Of a stretch of 64,000 nt of DNA, positions 13,101 through 24,280 are shown in pieces. The number at the start of each line of letters is the position of its first letter. Positions within the stretch are counted from its first letter, which is position 1. A model generated the notes under the pieces. It saw only the letters and a program-made list of their open reading frames with translations, had not been told where the DNA came from and searched no databases. The DNA lies in NCBI RefSeq assembly GCF_037042905.1, contig NC_087251.1, positions 28,336,001-28,400,000 of the forward strand. Reading direction: 5' to 3'. The DNA is from Lytechinus pictus (taxonomy: Eukaryota). The position numbers and the translations under genes are program-made.

Positions 13101-16100
13101 AAATTTCTATTTGTAGCCTTAAAAGTAATGAACTATCTCAAACTGTCGTATGATACATGTACATGTATTTACATCACATAGATCACGGACGCTCACGTCC
13201 CTGCATAGATATACTACATCAATCCCACGTGCACAATGTATGCAAATAACGAGTGCAAAACGTAAACAACGGTTCGGCGCAGCGAGATTGACAAGTAACT
13301 CATGCATATTCATGAGCACTCGTCCGTTGACCTTTGACCTCTGACGTCACCGCTGAGCAACTGTTCTAGACGATATTTTTCTCGGAGTACAGGTTCTCGG
13401 TTTTGCGCGCACACTCGGCGGGGCGTACGCACGGAATAGAACGTATATATCGGTGAAAACAAGTTCGTTTAATATCGTCTAGAACTAGACTACCCTGGCC
13501 ACCGACCCCTGTTACGCCGCTGCTCATACCTCGTTCAAAAACTCTTTGAAGCTGGATCGGCATTGTAGTACGTTTAGAGAGAATGGAGTGATTAGTGAGA
13601 GAATTGGAGAGGGCAAAAAAAGTGTGAGTGCATGGGGGGCATGGGGCGAGAAATGAACATACGTATCAACCAGATATTACAAGAAATGTGATGAAAAATG
13701 ATTGTTTGAGATGAACAATACAATCATGAAGCTCTCAAACATCTTTTTCAAATAAATAATGGATGTCGTGGTAACCGACCACAGCCCCCTCCCCCGTATC
13801 GAAACTTGTTTGAATTTTGTCTGTAAATTTTACTTTTCAACAATGACAAAGAATATTCAGTCAAAAGGGTGTTTTTGCTTTAATTATTTAATTGAAAGGA
13901 AATTCAGTCAAAAGGGTGTTTTTGCTTTAATTATTTTATTGAAAGGAAATTCGCGCTCATCTTATCGGTCTGTCTTGTGATATTATGTTTCCGACTATAA
14001 AGAATGATCGGTAACGTAACCACGATTTCCACTTTTCAGGAGACAATGGCCAGTGATATGTATCCGATATGATACTAAATAAGGAAGGTATACCTATAAT
14101 TCATTTGATATCATGATAATGGATAAACATTACGATGTATTGTTAATTGTTTTCATTATTTGAAGCATTATTATGTTATTTTCTCTCATAAAATTAAGAT
14201 ACAATAATTAATAGTCATTTTAGCTAAAGCTCGATCACCTCACAGGATTTTGATTGAACTTAAATTTGTAATACACTGACCTGAAACAGAAAAAAGGAGG
14301 GACTTGTTGATGACTCATTGGGAGGATACCTATCTCGTCAACCAAATTATGCATTTTTTACAAGCTAATCTGAAAAGTTGACATTCCAACCTTTTTTGTA
14401 ACCATGACCAAAATAAGTATCTTGGAACTCGAATACAGGAACTCGAGTGAGTTATCCTCTGGAGCAAAATATTATCACACTCAAGGCATCGTTAGCGCGA
14501 AGCGCCAACCATTTTTTTCTAAAATATAATGACCTGAGAGTTTTTATCACTATTATTCCCCGTCCTTGTGTCATTCACTTCTCTTCCTTTTCTTTTTTTT
14601 TTCTTCTTTTCGTCCTCTCCTTCCCCCTTTCCTTTTTTTTTTTTTTGGGGGGGGGGGGGGGTTGGTTCCATAGAAAAGAAAGGCTATGTAGGGAGAGATC
14701 TTTAGACGAGCCAGACCCAAATTTGGTGGACACTTATTGTAATGAATTACATTAGATATAAAAAAAAATATTGGAAAGAAAGAATAACTTGAACTCCTTT
14801 CTCCTTAAAATTGCATGTGAGAAATTCTATCAGACACGAAACAATGAAACAGGCATAATGAAATGTAGCATTCACTTCTTAGAAGGTAAATCTATCGTCT
14901 TAAAACTAAAAATAGTCACCTTAAATCTTTCGATTCATGAATGACATTCACACTGTCTTACAAGAGTTTATAGCACCTCGGGTATCATTCAAATATAATA
15001 TTTTGTGTGTATTTATGTATCATTTCAATAGTGAAGTGCATAGTCAATATTTCAAATTGATCATAGTCATAATATTCTTTCATAAATTAAATCAAACGTG
15101 ATTTTCAAGAGGACCAGATTTGTTACGAGCTTATCAAATGGAAATGAGTGCTTTAGAATATCTTGTTTAAACATTTAGCTCAAGTCAAAATAAACCAAGA
15201 CTGCTGAAGTAGGATTTCTCAACACCTAACTGATAAATTGTGTTTGTTTCAAATGATAATGGTTGTTAAACCTTATACTTTATACCGTGCAACGGCCGAT
15301 AGCGAAGTTGGTCGAGAATATAACTGCGAACGTTTTCATTCTCCCAGTAACCTTTCAGCAAGGATGGATGACGTAACCAAACCCCAACCAAACTCGACTG
15401 AAGGTTCTCAAGTCTGGTGATAATTTATTTATAACAGATGATTAATTAGTCTAAATGGCTTATTTTGGAATGTAAATTCAATCATTTTGCTACAAGTTTA
15501 TACCAATGGTACTTAGGAAACATATATGTCTATACAACAACGATTGGCAGGCAAAGGAACAAAATGTAAATTGGAAATGGTTGCCAACAATTTCTTTTTT
15601 GTTAATCAAGCATAGATATCGACAAAAATGTAACTTCTATTTAAAAGAAGGGGGAGAAAGAAAAAATTCTTAGCCAGAAAAAATGACAAAAAAAACTCCA
15701 TAAACATGCCACACTTGTCATATGACTTTTTCCCTATTTCCTAGCACATGAACTTTGTAAGCACATCTGAATAGTGATGAAATAATTTACGTCACACCCT
15801 ATTGTCATGGAATACAAGCTTTCATTCTTCTATGCATAATGCATACATGTATAATAAACGTTACATGGTGACACGCCCCCTCCAAAACAAACAAAATTAT
15901 ATTTGAATCCCAGGGAGAAAATGATTAGATATAGTGCGATAAAACGAGGGCAGGGAGAAAGTAAAAAAAGGACAGAAAAAACCCACAGAGACAGAAAGGA
16001 AGACGCAATGAAAGAAAACGAGAGAAAGGTGAATAAGAATAGGAAGAGACGGGGGAGGGGGGGGGTGTCATTTAGTTTGCATGCTGTTTGATCTATATAC

Positions 16101-18000
16101 CCACCAGTGAATGAAAGCTGTAACATAATCACAAACTTGTTGAATTTACACGAAATTTGAAGAGCAGATGCTCATTATAGCTGCATGTCGAATTATTTTC
16201 AAAAGTTTTTAAATTGTCAATAAATGTTGCTTGGTAAGCTCCTATCGCGTTCCTGGGCGACCAAACTACGATCCCCCAAATCCTGGACATGATACTGATG
16301 ATATTTCGTTTATTATCATTATTGTCTTTTGACCAAGAATTAGTTGTTAATGTTAATTATTGTTATTCATCATCATATTCATATTCCAATATGCTTTAAT
16401 GTTAAAGTTTACGGTCGTGTATGTAACGTCACCATGGAAATACAAATGTGTATACTTAATAGACTTTTTGTTTTTGTTTCATTTCCGAAACAGTCGTTTA
16501 TGTATCTCTGTAATAAAATTACATTTAAAAATATTGTAAATAGGTTGTACTTTAACTAATTTGCGAAGGTTTCATTCTAAAATCCTTGGTGACCAAAACT
16601 AGATCACTGAAGGTTTCAATATTGATGACCTGGTAAAAATTTGTTTGCAGACGTGTCTAGCAAAACAGTTCGATCCAAATGTTCTGTATATCAGAATAAA
16701 CTACATAAAATTTGTATAGCGTGATATTGTACGAATTTAGATAATGAACATCCGCATTATCGTTATATTCGTGAATAAGAAATTAAAATAAGGTGACGAG
16801 GTGTAAAGCCAGTAGCTCGAAAGTTTCGACCCTTTTTTTAAACGAGGAACCATACCTTTCTTAACTCATGAGCAGAGGGCTGGATCCAAGGGGAGACGGG
16901 CCTCGTCCCTATTTTTTATTCTGCTTGTCAATTTTTTTTGTGGGGGAGATTGCGCCTTCTTTGGTGGTGACCTTCGACCTCTTTGGGGGATGGGGATTGG
17001 CAGAAATGGGGAAACCACTGGACATCCCACTCCTCAGTCAATCCTGGTTCTGCCTGTGCTTATTTATAGTGATAGCGTACAAGATAATTGATTTATTTAC
17101 ATGAATACATGCACAGAACATGGGGTAGTTCAGTCTTACTCTTTTTTTTTATTTCCAGCATTCATCGGGGATTAGACTGGTAGAACAATTTTGTCTTGGA
17201 TTTCAGAACTTTAATCACACTAAATAAGTGCCCTGTAACATTTCCCGATTCTTTCGTCGTCATCGACTCATCGTTGCTGACATGCTACAAACCATAAAGA
17301 TCTTTCGATTTTTCGAGGGACGTGTAATCACAGTTCTCTAGAGTAAATATTGAATGTCTGAGTGTCAAAACGAAATACAAACCATGCAGAAAATCAGGGA
17401 CCGACGGAACAAAAGAAGATAATATTTTCTTTCTCATATACTGTACATGGATATATGCACCATTGTCTCCTTACCGTCAAATTGTAATAGTAGTCGTGCG
17501 TTTTTAAACAACTGAAACAAACACGAATAATAAAGCAGACCATCATAAGGTAATGCGGATGGGAGTCCAGAGATAAACAGCATTGTCATTTTACAATTTC
17601 TTCATCAATTTTGAATGTCAGGTAATAATGGGAACATATGCATGATGGTTGGGTAAAAAGATACGCAATATTTTGTAAATTGTATACGTAATGTTGCGTT
17701 GAAATACCCTAATATGGGTTTCAAAAAAAATACCCAGCAAACATGCATGTTCCCTTTCTACCCAATATTGGGTAAAATTTTACTCAGTGTTTTTAGAGTG
17801 TATTTTTTGGAAGGGGGGGGGGGTTAAGGACTGAAAATGACGCAATTTAAATGTTCGGAAAAAATATACCATGAAACATTACTGGGTCTCCTCCACCCCT
17901 TGCCCTATACCCATCCCCCAATCACCACCACCTTGTGAATCACGTTTCAAACTCTTCGGTCTAGAAACCAATAATCAATTTCAAGAGGCTTATATATACC

Positions 18001-18157
18001 AGATCAAAGGTGAATTTTGGTGAGAGCTATGCACTCTTGTGTTGGTTATCTTGTGGCTTTGTTAATCACGTTCCTTGATTATGACTTCGAGGACCAACGC
18101 TTCCCTGTTTGCCTGGACCCTGGACCAATAGGAAAGAAGACTGGAACTCGATAAATA
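18001..18157 (+). promoter_or_regulatory. Probable FABP promoter: DR1-like nuclear-receptor sites, CCAAT box, TATA-like box
   Basis: AGATCA-A-AGGTGA (18001-18013), TGGACC-C-TGGACC (18114-18126), CCAAT (18125-18129), GATAAATA (18150-18157), about 25-30 bp upstream of a short exon ending in a strong donor. Confidence 0.5.
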
Positions 18158-18179
18158 CTTGCCTCGCAGAGAGCTCGTC

Positions 18180-18235
18180 CCCACACCTCCAACAAACGGT
18201 CCAGCCTTCATCATCTCTTCTCATCTTTCTCCCAG
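18180..18235 (+). other. Probable non-coding first exon of the FABP gene (start approximate)
   Basis: Consensus donor CAG|GTAAGA at 18235/18236; matching acceptor TTCTTCTTATTTCCAG ending at 19506, 25 nt before the ATG. Confidence 0.6.
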
Positions 18236-19531
18236 GTAAGATCAACTATTCAATAAATGTCGCACGGGTACCGCTGATTCTGATATATCATTTTTATATT
18301 GAAAAAATCTCTATCTTTTCAATTTTCCCTTTCCATCTTCTCCTTTCACCTCAGTTTACTTTCTTGTTTGTCTCGGTCTTAATTATCTTTTCCCTAGTTC
18401 CATTTTCTTTCCTATTTCTTTAATTAGTTTGCACTTTTGGTCTTCTGGATCACAAGCTTTCTTAATGTGTTGTCTCTTACTTGGCCTTACGCGACAGGAA
18501 GCAGAAGGATTGTTGTCACCTCCTTAATTTATTCAACAAAATTTCGAAGGAAGTCTGCACTTAGATCGTTCAATTTAATATTTTGTTTGCTGCTAAATAC
18601 CTCCCCCCCCCCCCCTCCCCCTGATGAGCTTGTTCGTTTTGCTCACTCTATTGCTTTCAAAAGTACATTATTTTTTTTTAGTGAACATTGGAGAAATTCC
18701 TTTGTAATGCCATGCCTTTTTTGTTGATAATTTTGTTTCCATGAAGAGTTCCGAAGCGTGATATATACAAGCTAAAGCATTACTTATTTGTGTTAAGTTC
18801 TATAATTCACAATTTCTTGTACTTTTTCATTTCATTTCCTTTTACGGATGCTTAAACACTATGTCTTTATAAAAGTTTTATTAGGCGAATACGAAATATT
18901 AATATTCATACTTTAAAAGATGCTCACGAGAAATGAAAAAAAAATTAATCTGCCTATTTTGACCTCTTTACCAACTTTAAAACTGACCTCTTCAGTTCCA
19001 GGAGTGCTTTCAATAAATAAGACATTTTTGTTGGAAGGCATTTTGGAGAGATCAAAGTAGACACCCCCCCCCCCCCCGTTCCCTGTTAGATCTTTTATCT
19101 TGTGATTTGGTTTAATTTTCATAGTTCAGTTCACCATTATGATTTGAATAAAAAAAAATAATTGCGATATATTTCTGGTCAAATAAGTTTAAAAGTGAAC
19201 AGTTGGTCTTTTCTTTATACAAAAAAAAATCAATTTTATTTTGGCATTTCACAATTTGCAAAATATGTATCTTTTTCATCATTTATTTATGCAAATATAT
19301 GACATTACTAATTTCTTATCTAATATTTTCAGAGATGTTACAGAAGTTTAGAGATTTTCGCTAGAATTTCAGTGACATGCCTTTGTATTTTCTGTTTTTG
19401 TTATACGGCAGTAAGCTCAGATTGCTCTCTAGATAAGAGATAAAATATTGCGCTAAGTCCGTCAGAGAAGGAATAATTAATGATGAATATTTCTTCTTAT
19501 TTCCAGTTGATTAAGAATCCATTCATTCACC

Positions 19532-19777
19532 ATGCCTAGCTTCGCTGGAAAATGGAAACTCGCCAACCACGATTCCTTGGATGCTGTCCTCGACAAGCTT
19601 CAGATTCCCGCCGACAAGCGCCCTCCCGGTCAAATCCCACAGCTGGACATCAGCATCAAACAGGATGGTGACAACTTCGAGATCAGCACCACGGCACAAC
19701 GTGGAACACGCACGACCTCTTTCGCCGTAGGATCACAGTTCGAGACAGAGCTCCTAATGGGCACCGTGACCGTCAAG
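19532..19777 (+). CDS. Fatty-acid-binding protein (iLBP/FABP family), coding exon 1 (aa 1-82)
   Basis: MPSFAGKWKL (family GxW motif), ISIKQDGDNFEIST, TTSFAVGSQFE; start context CACCATG; phase-0 donor AAG|GTTTGT. Confidence 0.93.
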
Positions 19778-20741
19778 GTTTGTAATCAATGTCTTTGATA
19801 TCTTTAAGTTTGGAGTTTCGCGAGTCGAAATCAATTATCAACCAGTCAATTAACTTTACTTCGGACCTACATTAGAAATTAGTCATTCAGTTAACCATTT
19901 GAGCAATCATGTATACACAAAGAAGCAGAACCATTGCAATTAATCATTAATAGAATCAGGAAATAAATCAGTTGATTGACCAATCAATCAATTAGTAAAC
20001 CTATTTGCATCATCCGGTAAAGGTCACTCATCACCAGATGGATACATAGGTATGACCAAACATAAATGAAGCAATCGAGTATTTAAATTAATCGAATAAT
20101 CAGCCAACTTACAGTTGTTATGATAAGTCAATCATTTCAATCAGCAATAGGACAACCCATAAATATATAAATGAATCAATCATTCAATCAATAATCTGTA
20201 GATCAATCAATATTTTTGGTATACTAGCCGTATTAAAATTTCAGCCTTCGTCACTTCAAAATAGGTATAAACGTAGACTTACAAACTCAAATTTCTCATA
20301 AATTTAATATAAAGAAAAGAGTTCCATTTACGATTTTTGGGACACTAAATGATTGTGTCGAATAGAATTCCACCATAGATCATCATCACTGTCATGGGGC
20401 CGCGGAACAGTTTTGAAGGGGGGGACTGGCCATGCAAAAAAATCCCTATCCGAAGGGCATTTTCACGTTTTTGTAGACGATTTTGGGGGAAAAAAAGTTG
20501 GGGGGGGGGGGACTGAAGCCCCGTCAGCCTCCCATGGCCCTGGCGTCATCACTATACCTATATCTCCGTATTCACCACCATCATTATTACGTTAATACTA
20601 GATCATCGTCATCATCACCATCATTGTCATCAATAACAACATTGATAAGTGTTACCTTCTATTACTAAATTTACTTCTGTTTAATGTTGTCGTCGTGAAT
20701 ATGATTATAATTATCAATTTTCTTATCATTTTTTTTTACAG

Positions 20742-20885
20742 GTAACTGCATCATGGGATGGTGATAGTCTGGTCCTTACCGGCGAGAAGGGCGCCAAGCT
20801 CATCCGCCAGATCGTCGGAAGTCAACTCGTCTCAACCATCGACGTCGGCGGGACCGTCGCCAAATTCTACTTCAACAAAGCTTAA
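20742..20885 (+). CDS. Fatty-acid-binding protein, coding exon 2 (aa 83-129 plus stop)
   Basis: Acceptor TTTTTTTTTACAG; in-frame VTASWDGDSLVLTGEKGAKLIRQIVGSQLVSTIDVGGTVAKFYFNKA*; total 129 aa, typical FABP length. Confidence 0.93.
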   Translation, partial: VTASWDGDSLVLTGEKGAKLIRQIVGSQLVSTIDVGGTVAKFYFNKA

Positions 20886-21113
20886 CTTGATAGACATCAT
20901 GTCGTCTGCAATATGCCTTTGATGAACAAAGACTGTATATAATTGTAAAAATCATCTCATCTCACGAATTTAAAATTATCAGCACTATTTTTGACTGAAT
21001 TCTCGACAACCTCTCAAGGTTATACCAATATTTCAGCATCTTACCACATGCTGGACAGCTTTCCGGGATCTCAACATAACTATCATCATTAATACTTGAA
21101 TGGACCGTTTGTA

Positions 21114-21119
21114 AATAAA
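21114..21119 (+). terminator. Polyadenylation signal of the FABP gene
   Basis: AATAAA ~230 nt after the stop, followed by a GT-rich tract (~21165-21185). Confidence 0.6.
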
Positions 21120-21569
21120 TTAGCAATATAAAGTTAATGTCCTCGTGATATTAGTCGTGATATATGTCCGTGTTTTGTGTCTGTAGGTTAAATATGACTT
21201 TAATTATCTTCAAACTCAATACCTTGTCTTTAAACGATATAACAAATGATATAAAATGATTTAAACTACAATGTCAAAACAGAGGCTATGCGAACAGAAG
21301 AAAAGAATGATGAAAAAGGAAGTAAAAGAAAATTGTATCCAAAAGAGGGGTCACGCGAAGAAGAAAAGAAAAAGAGGAGAGAAGAGGGATGATTTGAAAA
21401 GATAACAAATCGGATTGAAGGAGGGAAGAGAGAGAGAGAGAGAAAGTATAGGAATAGGAGGGATTCACAGACAAAATGAAGGAGAGAGAGAGGAAGAAAG
21501 AAAGAAGGAAGGAAGGAAAGAAAGAAAGAAAAGAGAGGTTGGTAAAGACAAGGGACGGGAAGGCCCGTG

Positions 21570-22500
21570 AGGTTCACTGCGATTCGACATCTCGTAAACT
21601 TAACTTTTGGTATCCGAGTCAACAGATTTGAAATTTGTCGATTTCATAATTTTGGTCAGGCCAATGAAGACAAGATTCGAAATCTCGTGAACTCTACCTT
21701 TTATTTTGATAGGCTTTGATAATGCCAACAAGATTTAATTTTGTTCCTAGAAGATGAGTTTCGTAATTTCGTCAACCCGATGTTCTTGAGTTAATAAAAA
21801 GGAGCTGAGTTTAATCATCTCGTCCACTGGCGGATCCAGGGGGGCACGGGCCGGCTGCCCCCTTGAGGCACAATTAAAATTTGTAATGCAAAATGCCGTT
21901 AAAACAGAAGTGTGCGCCCCCCCCCCTTTGAAAGTGGAGACATTTCTTTTTTGTCACAATTTTTCGTGGACGAAATGTCATTATTTTTTGGTTGAAAGCA
22001 TTATTATTATTTTTTTTTGCTTGTCAAATTTTTCCTCGTAAAAATGTGACCCTTTTTTGGAAAATCCTGGATCCGCCCCTGATCTCGTCCACTTGAATGT
22101 TTGTTACAATAGAATGAGAGCCAACATTTTTGCAATTCGACGGTTGGGCACCGTATCATCTTGGGGGTTTTCGGTCAAAGAAGTCGAGATGTGGCATCTA
22201 GTCCACCCGAGCATTTTGCGTCTAATAGGACAAGATTTGGCATTTCGTCAACTCGACCTCTTTGGTCCAAAAAAGGCGAATTTCGGCATCTCGTCAACTC
22301 AATCTTTACGCCATTGACGAAGTTCGGTATCTTGTCAAATCAACGTTTATGGTCTAAGACAACAAAATTCAGAATGTCGTCAACTCGACCTATTTGACCC
22401 AAAATAAACGAAATACGGCATCTCATTAACTTGATCTTTTGGCTAAAAAATGCATCTCCTCAAAGGCAATCTCTTTGGTAAAAGAAGACGAAATTAAAAG
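21570..22500. repeat. Degenerate ~40-bp tandem repeat region (GAAATTCGGCATCTCGTCAACT-like unit)
   Basis: Recurrent CATCTCGTCAACT / TTTCGTCAAC motifs; interrupted by the MITE at 21825-22081. Confidence 0.55.
21825..22081. mobile_element. hAT-like MITE
   Basis: TIRs CACTGGCGGATCCAGG / CCTGGATCCGCCCCTG; perfect 8-bp TSD ATCTCGTC (21817-21824, 22082-22089). Confidence 0.85.
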
Positions 22501-22589
22501 AACTAATAGCACAAAGTTTCTAAACAAACTTCTTGAATTTAAGTATAAAGCCAAAAAAAAAATAATTTCTTACGATTACACTTTTATCT

Positions 22590-22738
22590 TTATTGAATTC
22601 ATCACACAGCCAATATTTAGAAGGATTTTCAAATGTATAGAAAGTATCGTTTAGGTATAAATTGTTGATATATCTCGAATCAAGATCATCAAAGAGTTCA
22701 TCAGGAGTAGTATCGGCTTCATTGCTAAGTAGGGAGGG
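22590..22738 (-). mobile_element. Possible CR1/L2-type LINE fragment (region upstream of the ORF2 endonuclease)
   Basis: LSNEADTTPDELFDDLDSRYINNLY...SKYWLCDEFNK resembles the acidic D-x-D-P-D...YY..DEFN leader seen in such LINEs; recognition by eye only. Confidence 0.35.
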
Positions 22739-23698
22739 CAGCGTTGCCATTTGGGAATTTCCAAATTTTCAAAATGTTGGAATTGTTAGGAGCTTTTGGG
22801 GATGAATAAAAATTGGGGGGTTAAGATAAATTTGGGGGTTTGTCCATTTTAGGGGATTTTTGAAGGTTTTGGTGAAAAACAGTAAAGTTCACTATTTTTC
22901 AGTAAAAAGGCGCTAATGATATACGATCTACTGTAGATAGTTAATGCATACAATGTCCATTAGCCCACATGTCTTCTGCATATGGGCGGAAGTCACAAGG
23001 GGGACAGGGGGACGCGTCCCCCCCCCCCTGCCCAAAATAGTAGGGGGGGACACAATATCAAATGTCCCCCTACTATTTTTATGATGGAAAGAAATACATC
23101 ATTCAAAATCGAAATAAATTATCTATTTTGGACGAAATGACCTTACATTTTGGGTGATAACCTTTTTTTTTTGCTTGTCAAATTTATTTTGGTTGAAATG
23201 ACCTGACATTTGGGGTGATAGCCTTTTTTTTTCCTTTTCAAATTTTCCAGCCCCTGGTCCCCCTACCTTTGGGGAGAGATTTCCGCCCTTGCTTATGCAA
23301 ATCAGAATTCAGTAAACTGAACTTAGTTGTACAATACAATGGTAGAAGTGCCAATCTACATTGCATCGGAATCTGCAGCGATGTAAACAAACGAGCTACA
23401 TTAACTAGTTTGGGCGCAACAACCATGATAACAGTCCTTACTTTTCAGAAATGATTGTAATTTGAATTTTTTTGGATTTTGGGTCCAATTAGGGAAATTT
23501 TCAAGTACCTTATCTTCAGCTTGGACCTGGCAACACTGTTGAACAAACGAGCTACAGTTTTGGGGCGATAACCGCGATAACAGTAATGACTTTTTCAGAA
23601 ATTATTGCGATTTGAAAAAAAATGGGATTTTGGGTCCAATTTGGGGGGTTTTCAAGTGCCTTATGGGGATTTTGTTCAGCTTGGACCGAGCAACACTG
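22739..23698. mobile_element. hAT-like element with tandemly duplicated right end and a nested MITE
   Basis: Ends CAGCGTTGCC / AGCAACACTG; 8-bp TSD AGGGAGGG / AAGGAGGG; right end present twice (ending 23538 and 23698). Confidence 0.7.
22981..23291. mobile_element. hAT-like MITE nested in 22739-23698
   Basis: TIRs TATGGGCGGAAGTC / GATTTCCGCCCTTG; TSD CTTCTGCA / CTTATGCA. Confidence 0.7.
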
Positions 23699-24134
23699 AA
23701 GGAGGGGTCATAATTATGTTGACACTGTCAATCACATGCAAATACACACATATACACAAATTGTATATCATAATATTCCAAAATAAATTTTAGTCTATCA
23801 TATCTTCTGAGTATGCAGTCCCATGTGAATCTACATGGCCTTTGTTTTTACACATTTATTTTCAAGATTGTTGGTGTAAAAAATTACTAGTGTGTAGAAA
23901 AATGACAATTATTTGACGTCACATCCACTCAATAAGAAATCCTATATCGCAAGGAAATCTTGAATCCTATAATAATAAACCCATCCCCAGTGCGTATACA
24001 GAGTCACTGTATAATTCTTATGAATTTAAAATTACCTTGGTATGAAGTAGCAATGGATATTGGAAAATGTCCATTCACACCTGATTTTGTCACATCCGCA
24101 TAAGCAATAAATTCTTAAAGCAAATAAGATCACA

Positions 24135-24280
24135 GGCCCGTTTCATAAAGAACTGTTGTAACTTTGCCGTTATGGCAAATATCATGGCAACAGTTGCACA
24201 GCAGCCAATCACAATCAAGGTTTCCATGGTAGTTGCCATAATGGCAAAGTCTCAACAGTTGCAACTCTTTAAATCGGGCC
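24135..24280. mobile_element. Short MITE (Harbinger-like)
   Basis: TIRs GGCCCGTTTCATAAAG / CTTTAAATCGGGCC; internal palindromic TTGCCATAATGGCAA. Confidence 0.55.

Larger units (their letters stand above)
5576..13492 (-). mobile_element. AcademH-like DNA transposon, non-autonomous, 7.9 kb
   Basis: 151-bp TIRs (5576-5726, 13342-13492; one mismatch found by eye), TAG...CTA termini, perfect 9-bp TSD CCCTGGCCA (5567-5575, 13493-13501), internal RecQ-like remnants on the minus strand. Confidence 0.85.
4076..13522. mobile_element. hAT-like non-autonomous element (~1.5 kb originally), split by an AcademH-like insertion
   Basis: TIRs CAGTGGCGTAACAGG / CCTGTTACGCCGCTG; perfect 8-bp TSD CTCATACC at 4068-4075 and 13523-13530. 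Confidence 0.85.

Noticed and set aside
13855..13952. 48-bp tandem duplication (similar one at ~49615-49695)
   Set aside because: Ordinary local slippage duplication with no sign of function.
19778..19798. C-terminal VCNQCL of the listed 88-aa ORF
   Set aside because: Read-through into the intron; the FABP fold is completed by exon 20742-20885.
21570..22500. CRISPR-like repeat-spacer pattern
   Set aside because: Units are degenerate and the intervening sequences are related to each other; eukaryotic tandem repeat.
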